A stretch of 64,000 nt of DNA from an uncultured delta proteobacterium. GTDB lineage: Bacteria > Myxococcota > Myxococcia > Myxococcales > Myxococcaceae. The position numbers and the translations under genes were made by a program. Of this stretch, positions 49,531 through 60,807 are shown piece by piece; within the stretch, counting starts at the first letter, position 1, and each line of letters starts with the position of its first letter. The DNA is taken from the NCBI GenBank assembly GCA_963796055.1, contig CAWCKH010000004.1, positions 32,001 to 96,000 of the forward strand. Direction: 5' to 3'. The notes beneath the pieces were generated by a model, which searched no databases, was not told where the DNA came from, and saw only the letters and a list, made by a program, of their open reading frames with translations.

Positions 49531-49575
49531 CTCCCGGCCGGCCTAGCCTCGACTGCTCCCCACGAGGTTGGCCGG

Positions 49576-50388
49576 CTGATCGACACCCATTGCCACCTGG
49601 ACGTCCCCCGGTTCGACCCGGACCGTGACGCGGTGCTCGCGCGCGCGTGGGCGGCAGGGGTGAAAGGCATCCTGGTTCCGGCCATCGGACCGGATGCCTG
49701 GGAGGGGCTGCTCGGCCTGCCCCGGAGCGACCCGAGGCTGGAGGTGGCGCTGGGCATTCACCCCCAGTTGCTCCCCACACTTCCGGAAAGCCAGGACGGG
49801 CCCTCGCTCGAGCGGCTCGATGCGCTCCTCGGCTCGGGCGCTGCGATCGCGGTCGGCGAATGCGGGCTGGATGGCCCCAGTGTCCCCGGCGCCCCGATGG
49901 AGCGTCAGCTCCGGGTGCTCGACGCGCATGCGCGGCTCGCCCGGAAGCACCAGCTCCCGCTGCTCGTGCACTGCCAGCGGGCACACCCCGCGCTGGAGGA
50001 GTGGCTGGCACGCGCGCAGCTGCCCGACGCCGGGGTGGTGCTCCACAGCTACAGCGGTGGGCCGGGCCGGGTCGGGGCGTACGTGGCCCGCGGCTGTCAC
50101 CTGAGCTTCGCCGGACCGGTGAGCTGGCCCGAGGCCCGGAAGCCGCTGGAGGCGCTCCGGCTCACCCCCCGCGAGCGGCTGCTGGTCGAGACCGACGCGC
50201 CCGACCAGGCGCCCGCCCCGCACCGGGGAGGACGGAACGAGCCGGCGTTCCTGGTGCAGGTGGTCGAGGCGACGGCGGCGGCCCTCGGGGAGCCGGTCGA
50301 GGCCACCGGTGCGCTGGTGGCGGAGAACGCCCGGCGGCTCTTCCCGGCGTTCCGCGGTCCCCGCGCGCCGGCGAGCGGGACGCGCTAG
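49576..50388 (+). CDS. tatD: TatD family hydrolase, probable CTG start
   Basis: (C)IDTHCHLD, GIHP, VGECGLD, VLHSYSG, LLVETDAP, RNEP. Confidence 0.9.
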   Translation: MIDTHCHLDVPRFDPDRDAVLARAWAAGVKGILVPAIGPDAWEGLLGLPRSDPRLEVALGIHPQLLPTLPESQDGPSLERLDALLGSGAAIAVGECGLDGPSVPGAPMERQLRVLDAHARLARKHQLPLLVHCQRAHPALEEWLARAQLPDAGVVLHSYSGGPGRVGAYVARGCHLSFAGPVSWPEARKPLEALRLTPRERLLVETDAPDQAPAPHRGGRNEPAFLVQVVEATAAALGEPVEATGALVAENARRLFPAFRGPRAPASGTR

Positions 50389-50401
50389 AGAAGGGCCGCC
50401 C

Positions 50402-51226
50402 ATGACCGCTCCCTCGCAGACCGCCCGCGCCTTCCGGCTGTCGCGACGGTGGGACCGCACCGGCCGCCTGCTCGGGGACGCCGCCATGGAGCGGCTCGCC
50501 CGCGCACGGGTCATCGTCTTCGGCCTCGGCGGCGTGGGCAGCTACGCGGTGGAGGGGCTGGTCCGGAGCGGCGTGGGCCACCTCACCCTGGTGGACTTCG
50601 ACGAGGTCTGCGTCACCAACCTGAATCGCCAGCTGCATGCGACGGTGCGCACCGTGGGCAAGAGCAAGGCGGAGCTGATGGCCCAGCGCTGCCGCGAGGT
50701 GAACCCCGACTGCACCGTGGAGGCGGTGCCCGAGTTCTACCGGGCCGAGACCTCCGAGCAGCTGCTCCAGCCCCGCTGGGACTTCGTGGTGGACGCCATC
50801 GACAACGTGAAGGCCAAGCTCCATCTGCTGTCCCGCTGCATCCAGCTCGGGCTCCCGGTGGTGAGCAGCATGGGCGCAGCGGGTCGCCTCGACCCGACGG
50901 CCATCCGGGTCGATGACCTCTGCGAGACCATCATGGACCCCTTCGCCAAGGACATCCGCAAGCTCCTCAGGCGCAAGTACGGGGTGGAGACCGACCGGCG
51001 CACCGGCATCACCGCGGTGTACTCGGTCGAGCCACCCCGGACGCCGGTGCCGCTCAGCTACGACGCGGCGACCGAGGGGTTCCTCTGCGTGTGCCCCAGC
51101 CGCGAGAACGACTTCCACACCTGCGACCACCGCACCCAGGTGAACGGCAGCGTGGGCTTCGTCACCAGCGTGTTCGGGATGAACGCCGCCGGCGTGGTGG
51201 TCCGCCGCATCGCCCACGGCCGCTGA
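50402..51226 (+). CDS. tcdA: tRNA threonylcarbamoyladenosine dehydratase (ThiF family)
   Basis: GLGGVGS, TNLNRQLHA, VVDAID, SSMGAAGRLDPT, VYSVE. Confidence 0.88.
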   Translation: MTAPSQTARAFRLSRRWDRTGRLLGDAAMERLARARVIVFGLGGVGSYAVEGLVRSGVGHLTLVDFDEVCVTNLNRQLHATVRTVGKSKAELMAQRCREVNPDCTVEAVPEFYRAETSEQLLQPRWDFVVDAIDNVKAKLHLLSRCIQLGLPVVSSMGAAGRLDPTAIRVDDLCETIMDPFAKDIRKLLRRKYGVETDRRTGITAVYSVEPPRTPVPLSYDAATEGFLCVCPSRENDFHTCDHRTQVNGSVGFVTSVFGMNAAGVVVRRIAHGR

Positions 51227-51255
51227 GCCCCCGGGCCGCCGGGCCGGCCTCATTA

Positions 51256-52254
51256 TCAGGCCGCGGATGCGCTCGGGCCATCCGGCTGCGGCGTCCGCGG
51301 TGGGAGCGAGGCGAACGTCACCCCTTCCCGGCCACAGGCCCGCCGGAACGGGCAGCGGGCGCACTGCGACAGCTCCTCGGTCATGGGGAACTGGGCCGCG
51401 TCGAGCGGGGTGTTCGCCGCGGCGTTCACCAGCAGCTCGCGCATCCGCTGCACGGACTGCCGGAAGTGTACCGAGAAGTGCTGCACCGTCTGGGCGTCGA
51501 TCGGGACCTCGACCTCCTGCCCGGCGTTGAGGAACACCAGCCGGCAGCGGATCTGCTGCGGCTCCACCCGGTGGCGGTGGGCGAGGTACAGCGCGTAGCC
51601 CACCACCTGGTCCTCGTAGCCGGTGTGCGGCGCGCCGGTCTTCCAGTCCACCACGGTGATGTGGCCGTCGTGATCGCGGAAGGCGAAGTCCGGGATGGCG
51701 AACATCTTCACCCCGTCCATCTCGAACCAGCTGTGATCGGCGCCCTCGTCCACCTCCAGCCACTGCTGTGGCTGCAGCGCCCGCGCCCGCTCGAGCCACG
51801 GCGAGTGGAAGAACCAGCTCAGCGCCCCCTCCGCCCCGTCCCAGGTGCGCTTCCACTCGGCGTCCGGCAACGGCTCGCCGTACTCGTGCTCCATGAGCCC
51901 CATGAACTCGAGCCGGCGACGCTCCTTCCAGTAGGCCCGGGCGCGGGAATGCTTGTAGTCCTCGCGCATGATCGCCCGCGCCCGGATGATGGCCCTCGCC
52001 CCGTCCGGCCGGCGCCCGGCCCGGACCTCGAGCAGGGCATCCTTGATGACTGCGTGGACCACGCTGCCTGCCCAGTTGAAGCGGTTGGCGAGCTTCTTCA
52101 GAATCCACAGCTGGCGGAGCTCGGGGTGCGCCTCGTCCTCCCAGCCGCCCCAGCTGCCGTAGTAATGGAGGTAGTAGGCCCGCCGGCAGTCCTGGAACTT
52201 CTCGTGGCGGCTCTTCGACCAGCTGAAATCGTTGCTGAGGACGTTCTGGCCCAT
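51256..52254 (-). CDS. PD-(D/E)XK nuclease (RecB/AddB/Cas4-like) with probable Fe-S Cys set
   Basis: FSWS..FQDC, GSVVH, E..IPD..VVDWKTG, Q...YAL, CARCPFRRAC. Confidence 0.85.
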   Translation of the reverse strand: MGQNVLSNDFSWSKSRHEKFQDCRRAYYLHYYGSWGGWEDEAHPELRQLWILKKLANRFNWAGSVVHAVIKDALLEVRAGRRPDGARAIIRARAIMREDYKHSRARAYWKERRRLEFMGLMEHEYGEPLPDAEWKRTWDGAEGALSWFFHSPWLERARALQPQQWLEVDEGADHSWFEMDGVKMFAIPDFAFRDHDGHITVVDWKTGAPHTGYEDQVVGYALYLAHRHRVEPQQIRCRLVFLNAGQEVEVPIDAQTVQHFSVHFRQSVQRMRELLVNAAANTPLDAAQFPMTEELSQCARCPFRRACGREGVTFASLPPRTPQPDGPSASAA

Positions 52255-52305
52255 TCCGGTTCGACGAGGACTGTAGCCCGCGGCCCTGTCACCGGGGGCC
52301 CGAAG

Positions 52306-53427
52306 GTGAAGCGACGGGGAGCGCGCCCGCCCGCCGTGCCTGCCGGCTCCGAGCTCCGCGGCGCGCTGCTCCGCTGGTACGGGACCCAGGCCCGCGATCT
52401 CCCGTGGCGGCGCACCCGGGACCCCTACGCCATCTGGGTGAGCGAGGTGATGCTCCAGCAGACCCAGGTGCCAGTGGTCCTGCCCTACTGGACGGCGTTC
52501 CTGGCGCGGTTTCCGGACGTGCGCGCGCTTGCCCGGGCGAGCCTGGACGAGGTGCTCGCCGCGTGGCGTGGCCTCGGCTACTACGCGCGGGCACGGAACC
52601 TTCACCGCGCAGCCCAGGTGGTGCTCGAGCACCACGCCGGTCGCCTCCCCGACGACGTCGAAGCGCTGCGCGCCCTGCCCGGCTTCGGACGGTACACGGT
52701 GGGAGCGGTGGCCTCGATCGCCTTCGGGCGTCCGGTCGCGCTGGTGGATGGCAACGTCGCCCGGGTGCTCGCGCGGCTGTTCGCCATCGCGGGGGCGACG
52801 GGGGACCCCGCGCGGGAAACGCGGCTGTGGTCGCTCGCCGAGGTGCTGGTCCAGGGCGAGCGCCCGGGGGACTGGAACCAGGGGCTGATGGAGCTCGGGG
52901 CGACGGTGTGCCGGCCCGAGCAGCCCACCTGTCTGCTCTGCCCGGTGCGCGCCCACTGCGCCGCCCTCACCGCGGGACGGGTGGAGGCGATTCCCGAGCC
53001 CAAGGTCCGCACCGCGCGGCGGCCGCTCCACCTGGCGGTTGCGGCGGTGCGGATGGGGGACGCGGTGCTGCTCGTCCGCCGCGACTGGACCGGGCTCTTC
53101 GGCGGGCTGTGGGAGCTCCCCGGGGTGGAGTGCGCGCCGGGCGGCGAGGTCGAGGCGCTCCGTGCGCGCTGGCCGGAGATCGGCGAGACGCTGCGTCCAC
53201 TGGGGAAGGTGGAGCGGACGCTCACCCACCGTGCGCTGACGATCGAGGTCTACGCGGTGGAAGCCCTCGCGCCGCCCGAGGGTGCACGGTGGGCGACCGC
53301 CCAGCAGATCGAATCGCTGGGCGTATCCGCCGCCATGCAGGCGGTGCTCCGGCGAGTATTCGGCGCAGAGGCGCCTGGAGGAGGCAAGGCATGGAGGAGC
53401 TCTCGCTCACCACGCTCGCGCGGATGA
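52306..53427 (+). CDS. mutY: A/G-specific adenine glycosylase
   Basis: RDLPWR, WVSEVMLQQT, GLGYYARARN, LPGFGRYT, VDGNV, CRPEQPTCLLCPVRAHC, GLWELP; start approximate. Confidence 0.93.
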   Translation: MKRRGARPPAVPAGSELRGALLRWYGTQARDLPWRRTRDPYAIWVSEVMLQQTQVPVVLPYWTAFLARFPDVRALARASLDEVLAAWRGLGYYARARNLHRAAQVVLEHHAGRLPDDVEALRALPGFGRYTVGAVASIAFGRPVALVDGNVARVLARLFAIAGATGDPARETRLWSLAEVLVQGERPGDWNQGLMELGATVCRPEQPTCLLCPVRAHCAALTAGRVEAIPEPKVRTARRPLHLAVAAVRMGDAVLLVRRDWTGLFGGLWELPGVECAPGGEVEALRARWPEIGETLRPLGKVERTLTHRALTIEVYAVEALAPPEGARWATAQQIESLGVSAAMQAVLRRVFGAEAPGGGKAWRSSRSPRSRG

Positions 53428-53690
53428 TCGCCGCCGACCTGCTCCGGGCACATCCGGCGGTCGGGACGGCTGGAGGGGAGGAGATCGCCCACCGGCTGGA
53501 GACCGGGCTGCGGACCGCCGTGCGTCAGGAACGGCTGGCCTGCGTGGGCGAGTGCGAGCGCCGGCGGGACCTCTGGACGGCCACCGAGGAGCGCGCGGGC
53601 ACCCCACCCTCGCTGCGGACCGAGGCGCGCTTCCGGGCGAACGAGGCGGCAGTGCTCGCCGACGCCCTGCGCGCCCGGTCGACTGGCTGA
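53391..53690 (+). CDS. Hypothetical protein
   Basis: ATG with GGAGG RBS overlapping the mutY tail; helical (ERLAC..EC, RANEA..LADALR). Confidence 0.55.
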   Translation: MEELSLTTLARMIAADLLRAHPAVGTAGGEEIAHRLETGLRTAVRQERLACVGECERRRDLWTATEERAGTPPSLRTEARFRANEAAVLADALRARSTG

Positions 53691-53703
53691 GAGGAGTTCC
53701 CCG

Positions 53704-54933
53704 ATGGCCGACGCCACCGGCAAGCTTCGCCCCTTCGAGCTGGCCCGCTGGCAGCTCGAGCGCGACCAGGAACGGATGCGCCGCAGGCCCGAGGTGCTCG
53801 CGCGCAAGCAGGCGCGGATGGCGGCCTCGCCGTTCGCCTTCCTCCGCGGCTCGGCCCCGCTCTTCTACCGCCTGCTCCGCAACGCACCGCGCCTGGCGCG
53901 TGGGCCGGAGGAGGAGGGGCTGCTCTACGGCGACCTCCATCTCGAGAACTTCGGCGTCTATCGACCCGACCGCCCGTCGCGGGGCGGCGATCGCGTCGCC
54001 TTCGACCTGAACGATGCGGACGAGGCGTTCATCGGCCACCTCCACCTGGACGTGCTCCGGGTGCTCACCAGCGTGCTGCTCGCCGCGCGGGGCTGGGGCG
54101 CCACCACCGACGGTGCGCTCGGCCTCGCCGGCGAGCTACTGGACGGGTACAGCCGGGCGCGCGGCTCGGGACGGCTCCCGCCCGTCCCCGAACCGGTGTC
54201 GGCCCTGCTGGCGGAGGTCGCAGCCCGGAAGCGTCGCACGCTGCTCGACCGCTTCACGCGGGTCTCGGGGCACCATCGCCGCTTCATCCTGGGCGAGAAC
54301 CTCCTGCCGCTCCCCCGCGGGGTGAAGGCCGCCTGCGCGCGCGCCTTCACCCGGTTCGCGCAGCAGGACTTGAAGCAGGCCGGACATCCTCCCGAGCGTT
54401 TCGGGATCCTCGACGTCGCGTTTCGCCTCGCCGGTACCGGCAGCCTGGGTACCTTCCGGGTCGCGGTGCTCGCCGAGGGTCACGGCGCTCGCGACGGGGC
54501 GTGGATGTTCGACATGAAGGCCATGGGTGAGCCGGCAGGAGCGGCGCTCGCCGCGCGGGCTCCGGAGTTCGGGCCGGAGCGGGTGGTGCACGCGCTGCGG
54601 ACGCTGCTTCGCCAGCCGCCGGCGATGCTGGGGACGGTGCGCGTGCTCCGGCACGGGCTCCTGGTCCGCCGCCTCACGCCTCAGGACGACCGGCTCGACT
54701 GGAAGACGCTCCCCGCCGCGCAGCGCGGCCCGACGCTGGCCTTCCTCGGGGCGCTCACCGGGGTGGCGCATCGCCGGGGAGCTCGGCGGAAGCTCCCCCC
54801 GCTCGACGAGGCCCACGCGCGACGGCTCCTGCGGAACGCGGTCGAGCTGGCCGGGGTGCACGAGGCGGCGGCACTCGCCTATGTCGCCGAGGCCCGTCGA
54901 GGGCGCGAGGCGCTGGCGCCGCGACTCGCCTAG
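53704..54933 (+). CDS. DUF2252 family protein (kinase-like fold)
   Basis: RMAASPFAFLRG, GDLHLENFG, FDLND.DE, GTGSLG. Confidence 0.88.
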   Translation: MADATGKLRPFELARWQLERDQERMRRRPEVLARKQARMAASPFAFLRGSAPLFYRLLRNAPRLARGPEEEGLLYGDLHLENFGVYRPDRPSRGGDRVAFDLNDADEAFIGHLHLDVLRVLTSVLLAARGWGATTDGALGLAGELLDGYSRARGSGRLPPVPEPVSALLAEVAARKRRTLLDRFTRVSGHHRRFILGENLLPLPRGVKAACARAFTRFAQQDLKQAGHPPERFGILDVAFRLAGTGSLGTFRVAVLAEGHGARDGAWMFDMKAMGEPAGAALAARAPEFGPERVVHALRTLLRQPPAMLGTVRVLRHGLLVRRLTPQDDRLDWKTLPAAQRGPTLAFLGALTGVAHRRGARRKLPPLDEAHARRLLRNAVELAGVHEAAALAYVAEARRGREALAPRLA

Positions 54934-54947
54934 GCTCCCGGCCGGAA

Positions 54948-55721
54948 ATGGAGACCGCCGCCGAGATCCTCTGGAGGCACTGGCGACAGGGAACGCAGCT
55001 CGATGCGCTCCCCGAGAGCGTGCGTCCGCGCACGCGGGCCGAGGGCTACGCCATCCAGCGCGAGGTACAGGCCTGCGCGGGGCAGGGGCTCGCCGGGTGG
55101 AAGATCGCCGCCACCAGCATTCCGGGCCAGCGCCACATCGGCGTCGATGGGCCGATGGCCGGCAGACTAGTGGCGGAACGCGCCTTCCCCGGCGGCAGCG
55201 AGGTGTCGCTGGCCGGCAACATCATGCGGGTGGCCGAGCCCGAGTTCGCGTTCGCCTTTGGCCGCGACCTCGCACCGCGCGAGGCGCGCCACGCCGTCGG
55301 CGAGGTCCTGGACGCGGTGGCCAGCCTGCACCCGGCGATCGAGGTTCCGGACTCGCGCTACGCCGACTTCGTGCGTGCCGGGGAGGCTCAGCTGATCGCC
55401 GACAACGCCTGCGCGAGCTACCTCGTCCTCGGGCCTGCGACGCGGTTCCCGTGGCGGAGCCTGGACCTCGTCACCCACCGGGTGAGCGCCGAGGTGGTGG
55501 GCAGGTACGTGCGCGGGGGAAGCGGCGCCGCCGTCCTCGGCGATCCCCGCGTGGCCCTCACCTGGCTGGTCAACGAGCTGTCGGCGATCGGCGAGACGCT
55601 ACGGGCCGGTCAGGTGGTCATCACCGGAACCTGCATGGCCCCGCTGGAGATCCAGGAGGGGGACGAGGTGCGTGCCGACTTCGGGGTGCTCGGCTCGGTG
55701 GAAGCACGATTTCGCGGGTGA
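54948..55721 (+). CDS. 2-keto-4-pentenoate hydratase-like (FAH family)
   Basis: GYAIQ, GWKIA.T, AEPEFAF, PAIEVPDSR, IADNA, GQVVITG. Confidence 0.9.
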   Translation: METAAEILWRHWRQGTQLDALPESVRPRTRAEGYAIQREVQACAGQGLAGWKIAATSIPGQRHIGVDGPMAGRLVAERAFPGGSEVSLAGNIMRVAEPEFAFAFGRDLAPREARHAVGEVLDAVASLHPAIEVPDSRYADFVRAGEAQLIADNACASYLVLGPATRFPWRSLDLVTHRVSAEVVGRYVRGGSGAAVLGDPRVALTWLVNELSAIGETLRAGQVVITGTCMAPLEIQEGDEVRADFGVLGSVEARFRG

Positions 55722-55742
55722 GCACGCCCAGATCCCTCCGGG

Positions 55743-56336
55743 TCAGCGGGCAAGGGCGATGGCCGCCACCAGCCCCAGCGGAAGCAGGAGCAGCACCGCC
55801 AGCAGCACCCAGGCGGCGGGCCGGGCGAAGTTGAACGTCCAGCCGACTCCCCAGCGCTTGGGAACCACCAGCCTGGGGTCCGAGGGGTTGACGTAGAACA
55901 GCCCGCCGCGCGAGCCCTCGGTGCTCGCCGGGGCCAGGCGCGGAGCCCGTGCGATCTGGACCACCACCACCAGGACCATCGCTCCGGCGCCGACCAGCAC
56001 GGGAGTCGGTCCCCACAGGGGAACGAAGGCGGACGGGGTCGCCATGAGCCCGATCATCCAGCGGATCGGCGCCAGCAACCGGCGGACGCCCTCGGTCATC
56101 GCCGGCGGACCCACCCGTGCCCCGCTGGCCACGATGCCGTCGAGGAAGAGGAGGAGCCCGCCCAGGAAGAGGATGGGGAAGGCCATCGCCAGCGGCGTCC
56201 GGGGAAAGAAGCCGTTGGGTCGACCGGCGAGGTCCCAGTGCACCGGCATGGGCGAGGGGAATCGGTCGGCGAAGAGGACCAGTGCCACCGCGGGCGGCAC
56301 GAGCAAGAGGTAGGGGCCGACGGTGCGAAACTTCAT
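55743..56336 (-). CDS. Membrane protein DUF1648/DUF5808 (SdpI-like N-terminus)
   Basis: [39 protein letters not shown]. Confidence 0.85.
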   Translation of the reverse strand: MKFRTVGPYLLLVPPAVALVLFADRFPSPMPVHWDLAGRPNGFFPRTPLAMAFPILFLGGLLLFLDGIVASGARVGPPAMTEGVRRLLAPIRWMIGLMATPSAFVPLWGPTPVLVGAGAMVLVVVVQIARAPRLAPASTEGSRGGLFYVNPSDPRLVVPKRWGVGWTFNFARPAAWVLLAVLLLLPLGLVAAIALAR

Positions 56337-56401
56337 CGATGTCCTCCGCGTACCGAGTGAGTCTGGCACGCCCCCGGGGCGGGCCTTAGAAAGTGGACGC
56401 C

Positions 56402-57061
<660 letters not shown>

Positions 57062-57074
57062 GGCCGCCCCGGGC

Positions 57075-59513
57075 TCAGGGCACGGAGGGTTCCGGGGAAA
57101 CCAACCCGCCGCTCGTAGCCCGCGGCATTCTCCGGTGTCCCCGTCCCGCCACGGTCGACAGCACCGCCGCGACGGCGTACGCCGCGCCGGCGAGGACCAG
57201 GAGAACCCGGGAGCCCCGCTCCAGCGAGACCAGTGCCGAAAGCGGGGCGGCCGCGACCGAGGCGAAGCCGTTCGAGGCCCAGGCCCAGGCCAGGGTCCCA
57301 CCCCTCGGGGCGAGCTGACGGAGGCCGAGCGGGAAGGGGCGCCCCATCAGGTAAGCGAGCGGCCCGAGGCAGACCAGCATCGCCACCGCGCGAAGCGGCC
57401 AGGGCGCCGGCACGAGGGCGTGCACCACCCGGAGCAGCACCAGCGCGGCAATCCAGAGGAGGAGGGCCAGCACCCCGCAGGTCGGGCGGGCACGCGAGAC
57501 GGCGACCCTATCCGACCGGACGCTCCCCACCCCGGAAAGGGTCAGGAAAATCACCAGCACCGCCGCCACGGCGTAGACCGGATGGCCGAAGAGGAGCCCC
57601 AGCTGCTGGATGGCGGCGATCTCGGCCGCCATGTAGCCGCAGCCGAGGGCGCCGAAGTACCCGAGCACGGCCCACCGCGGGGCGATCCACCGCGCCCGGT
57701 GGCCCCGGAGCGCGACCGGGACGAGCAGCAGCAGCGCGGCGACGAGAACCGTCTGTACCAGGGTGGCGAGCAGCGCGATCGGCCCCCACTCGGCAAAGGG
57801 AAGCCAGGAACCGTGGGCGCCTCGCAACAGCGCGGGAAGGCTCCTCAGCCGCAGGAAGTGGTGCGGGTACGGCCGCGCGTCGTCCACCGGCGCCACGTCG
57901 AAGGGGTACCGCGCCGCGAAGCGGGCAACCTCCTCCGGAGAGCGGGTGGCAACGGCCGCCGCTTCCCGGAGCGAAGAGTCCTCGAGCACGTTGAAGGGAG
58001 CCGCAGAGGCGGATTCGTCCAGGGGCCAGTCGAGATCGAGCCCCCGGGCACGGGCGAGCTCCCGGACCTGCTCGAGCTCCGCGGCGCTGAAGGCGACCGG
58101 CCGGGCCAGGACGGTGACCGTCCCCCAGCTCCGTAGCACGAGCATGGTGAGCGACGGGGAGTGGCCGAGCCGCCGCAGTGCCGCGCCGGCGGTGAGAATG
58201 GTCCGCACGCTCTCGCGTGGCGGCGTCGAGAGCCAGGTGGTGACCGAGAGAACCCCCTCCGGCTCGAGGTGGCTCAGGAAGAGCTCGTATGCGTCGATGG
58301 TGTGGAGAAAGTCCTGGTCCAAGGCTCGAACCCCGCCCACCGAGGCCCCGTGGCCCGTGGCAGGCGCCAGCGAGATGAGATCGAAGGTCTCCCGTCCCCG
58401 GGCCAGAACTGCTCGGGCCTGCCCGACCCGGTCGTCGAGCAGTGCCGACTGCCAGAACTTGAGCTGTCCGAGCTGGCGCGCGAGGCGGAGCACATCCGGG
58501 TCTGGCTCCACCGTCACCACCCGCTCGGCGTCGGCTTCGAGCGCCGCCTCGAGGTCGAGCCCGTCCCCCACCCCGACCAGGAGGACGCGACGGCGCTTGG
58601 CCAGCGCGTATGGCACCGAGGTCGGGAGCGCGGCGGCCAGCGCCGCCACCCCGGGATCGGTCAGGTCGGTCGCTGCCCCGACGACGTCACCGTCGACGAG
58701 CAGCGCGGTCTGCCTAGGGAAGCTCCCGAAGAACGTCAGGGACAGGCCCGGCGCGAGGTGGAACGACGGCGCTTCCATTGCCAGGACCCATCCCAGGGGA
58801 CTGAAGCGCTCGGCGACGCGGTGCGCGCCGGGGAGCGCCGACAGCTGGGGCAGGCTCTTGTAGGGGGTGAGCTGAGCGTCCCATCCCGGTCCGAGAAAGA
58901 GTCCCGCCCCGAGGAACCCGCCGGCCGTCGCCACCCACCCGGCCCGGCTCCGCCATCCCAGCGCCAGCGCCCCGATGGCGGCGAGCACCGGCGGGAGGAC
59001 GAGCGCCCTCGCGGGCGGAAGGACGAAGAGGACGAGCAGCGCCAGCGCGACCCCCAGCGCACCCCCGGCGAAGCTCGCCCCGTAGAGGCGGCCGGTGCGC
59101 CCAGGCGCGAGCACGAAGCCGGTCAGGGTGGCGAGCCCGCCGGCGAGGAACGGCAAAGCGAGCACCGCGACCAGCACCGCCAGCCGGAGCCACTGGCCAC
59201 GCTCGAAGGGCAGCTGCGTCGGCTCCACGTTCACCCGGTGGGAGAGCCAGGGCGAGGCGACCAGCGCCAGCGCGGTCGCCGTCGCGGTCGTGCGCAGCCG
59301 TCGGCCCGCGGATGCCGCGTCGGCCGGGGGGCGGAGCGCGCCCAGCGTTCCACTGGCGCCGAGGCCCAGCAGCGCCACCCCGATGGCCATCGTGGCGAAG
59401 TGATGGAACTGCTCCACCCCGAACAGGCGGACCAGGAGAATCTCGTACCCGGTGGTCGAGGCCGAGAGCAGCGCGACTGCCGGCGCGAGCCCGCGCTGCT
59501 CCGGTCCGGTCAC
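57075..59513 (-). CDS. Multi-TM spermidine-synthase-like SAM-binding membrane protein
   Basis: N-terminal TM block ([16 protein letters not shown]), central [12 protein letters not shown] fold, DDARPY, C-terminal TM block (MG.PFP.G, WAW..NG). Confidence 0.8.
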   Translation of the reverse strand: MTGPEQRGLAPAVALLSASTTGYEILLVRLFGVEQFHHFATMAIGVALLGLGASGTLGALRPPADAASAGRRLRTTATATALALVASPWLSHRVNVEPTQLPFERGQWLRLAVLVAVLALPFLAGGLATLTGFVLAPGRTGRLYGASFAGGALGVALALLVLFVLPPARALVLPPVLAAIGALALGWRSRAGWVATAGGFLGAGLFLGPGWDAQLTPYKSLPQLSALPGAHRVAERFSPLGWVLAMEAPSFHLAPGLSLTFFGSFPRQTALLVDGDVVGAATDLTDPGVAALAAALPTSVPYALAKRRRVLLVGVGDGLDLEAALEADAERVVTVEPDPDVLRLARQLGQLKFWQSALLDDRVGQARAVLARGRETFDLISLAPATGHGASVGGVRALDQDFLHTIDAYELFLSHLEPEGVLSVTTWLSTPPRESVRTILTAGAALRRLGHSPSLTMLVLRSWGTVTVLARPVAFSAAELEQVRELARARGLDLDWPLDESASAAPFNVLEDSSLREAAAVATRSPEEVARFAARYPFDVAPVDDARPYPHHFLRLRSLPALLRGAHGSWLPFAEWGPIALLATLVQTVLVAALLLLVPVALRGHRARWIAPRWAVLGYFGALGCGYMAAEIAAIQQLGLLFGHPVYAVAAVLVIFLTLSGVGSVRSDRVAVSRARPTCGVLALLLWIAALVLLRVVHALVPAPWPLRAVAMLVCLGPLAYLMGRPFPLGLRQLAPRGGTLAWAWASNGFASVAAAPLSALVSLERGSRVLLVLAGAAYAVAAVLSTVAGRGHRRMPRATSGGLVSPEPSVP

Positions 59514-60220
59514 CGGAGCCCGCTCAGCATCGGCACGAAGGCCACCGGGAGCAGGATGCGGGTCCGCACCACGCCGGCGGCGTCCTTGTCCACCTGCAGC
59601 AGATTCTGCGCGCCGAACATGCTTCCCACCGGGATGACCATCCTCCCACCGGGTTTGAGCTGCTCGATCAGCGCCGGCGGGACGTGCGACGACGCGGCGG
59701 TCACCACGATGGCGTCGAACGGCGCCTCCTCGGGCCAGCCCAGGTTCCCGTCGCCGTGGCGCACGGTGGCGCGGTAGCCCAGCCGCTCCAGGCGCTGCCT
59801 GGCGCTGGTGGCCAGCTCGGCGAAGATCTCCATGGTGTAGACCCGGGCTCCGGCGGCGGCGAGCACCGCGGCCTGGTAGCCCGAACCGGTCCCGACCTCG
59901 AGGATCTTCATGCCCTCGCGGGGCCGCACGACCTCGGTCTGATAGGCCACGATGTACGGCTGGGAGATGGTCTGGCCGAGGCCGATCGGCAGCGGGCGGT
60001 TCTCGTAGGCCGCGGACGACAGCCCCGGAGGCACGAACTCGTGCCGGGGCACGGTTCGCATGGCTTGCAGCGTGGCCGGATCACGGATCCCCTCGGACAC
60101 CAGGTACCGCTGGACCATGTCCAGCCGCTCGGCGGCGCGGGAGTCCGGGGCCCGCCCGGCGTCGGGAGCGTCGGCCAGGGCCAGACTTTCCAGGACGAAG
60201 ACCGCGATCAGAGAGCGCAC
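59510..60220 (-). CDS. pcm: Protein-L-isoaspartate O-methyltransferase with N-terminal hydrophobic leader
   Basis: VPRHEF, GQTISQP, LEVGTGSGYQAA, GDG..GW, PFDAI.VTAA, QLKPGG, FVPM. Confidence 0.95.
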   Translation of the reverse strand: MRSLIAVFVLESLALADAPDAGRAPDSRAAERLDMVQRYLVSEGIRDPATLQAMRTVPRHEFVPPGLSSAAYENRPLPIGLGQTISQPYIVAYQTEVVRPREGMKILEVGTGSGYQAAVLAAAGARVYTMEIFAELATSARQRLERLGYRATVRHGDGNLGWPEEAPFDAIVVTAASSHVPPALIEQLKPGGRMVIPVGSMFGAQNLLQVDKDAAGVVRTRILLPVAFVPMLSGLR

Positions 60221-60314
60221 GGTGCCTCCTCCGCTCGTTCTCCCGGGAGTCTAGGACACCCGTGGAGGCCCGGGGACGTCGGAAGGTGAATCCTTCCTCG
60301 AGACCTCGCGTCGG

Positions 60315-60713
60315 GTGAGGATGCGCACCCCCGGAGAGCTCATGCACCGTTGCGCGGTCGGGTGGATGCTCGTTTCCGCACTGGGAACCGCCTGCACCGG
60401 CGCGGCCTCGGCTGTGCCCGCTCCACTCGATGCCGGTAGCGACCCTGGAGCTCGGGCGATCTCGCCGCACCCGGTACAGGCGGAGCGGAGCTCCGGGTTC
60501 CGGGCGTCGCCCTCGACCGACGGCCCAGATGCGGGTGTTCCCATCGGGCTTCGGCGCCCGTCCGCCCCGATTCCCACGCTGGACGAGCACCGCCGGGTGA
60601 AGCCGCCGCCCCTGGATCCGCGACGGACTCCGCCTCCCGGCCCGATCTTCCTTCCCCGCCCTTCCGAGGCGTCGCCCGGAACGGGCGATGATGCCGGTCC
60701 CCTGAAGCAGTGA
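60315..60713 (+). CDS. Putative Pro-rich lipoprotein
   Basis: Lipobox-like LGTAC, DAG motifs, Pro-rich; weak codon bias. Confidence 0.4.
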   Translation: MRMRTPGELMHRCAVGWMLVSALGTACTGAASAVPAPLDAGSDPGARAISPHPVQAERSSGFRASPSTDGPDAGVPIGLRRPSAPIPTLDEHRRVKPPPLDPRRTPPPGPIFLPRPSEASPGTGDDAGPLKQ

Positions 60714-60807
60714 CCGGTGGCGCGGCCGAGCGTCGCCGCCCGACCTGCACTGCAGGGGTTCACGGCCCCGGCGACCGCACACGCCGCCGTGGCCGTCGTG
60801 CCCCTCC

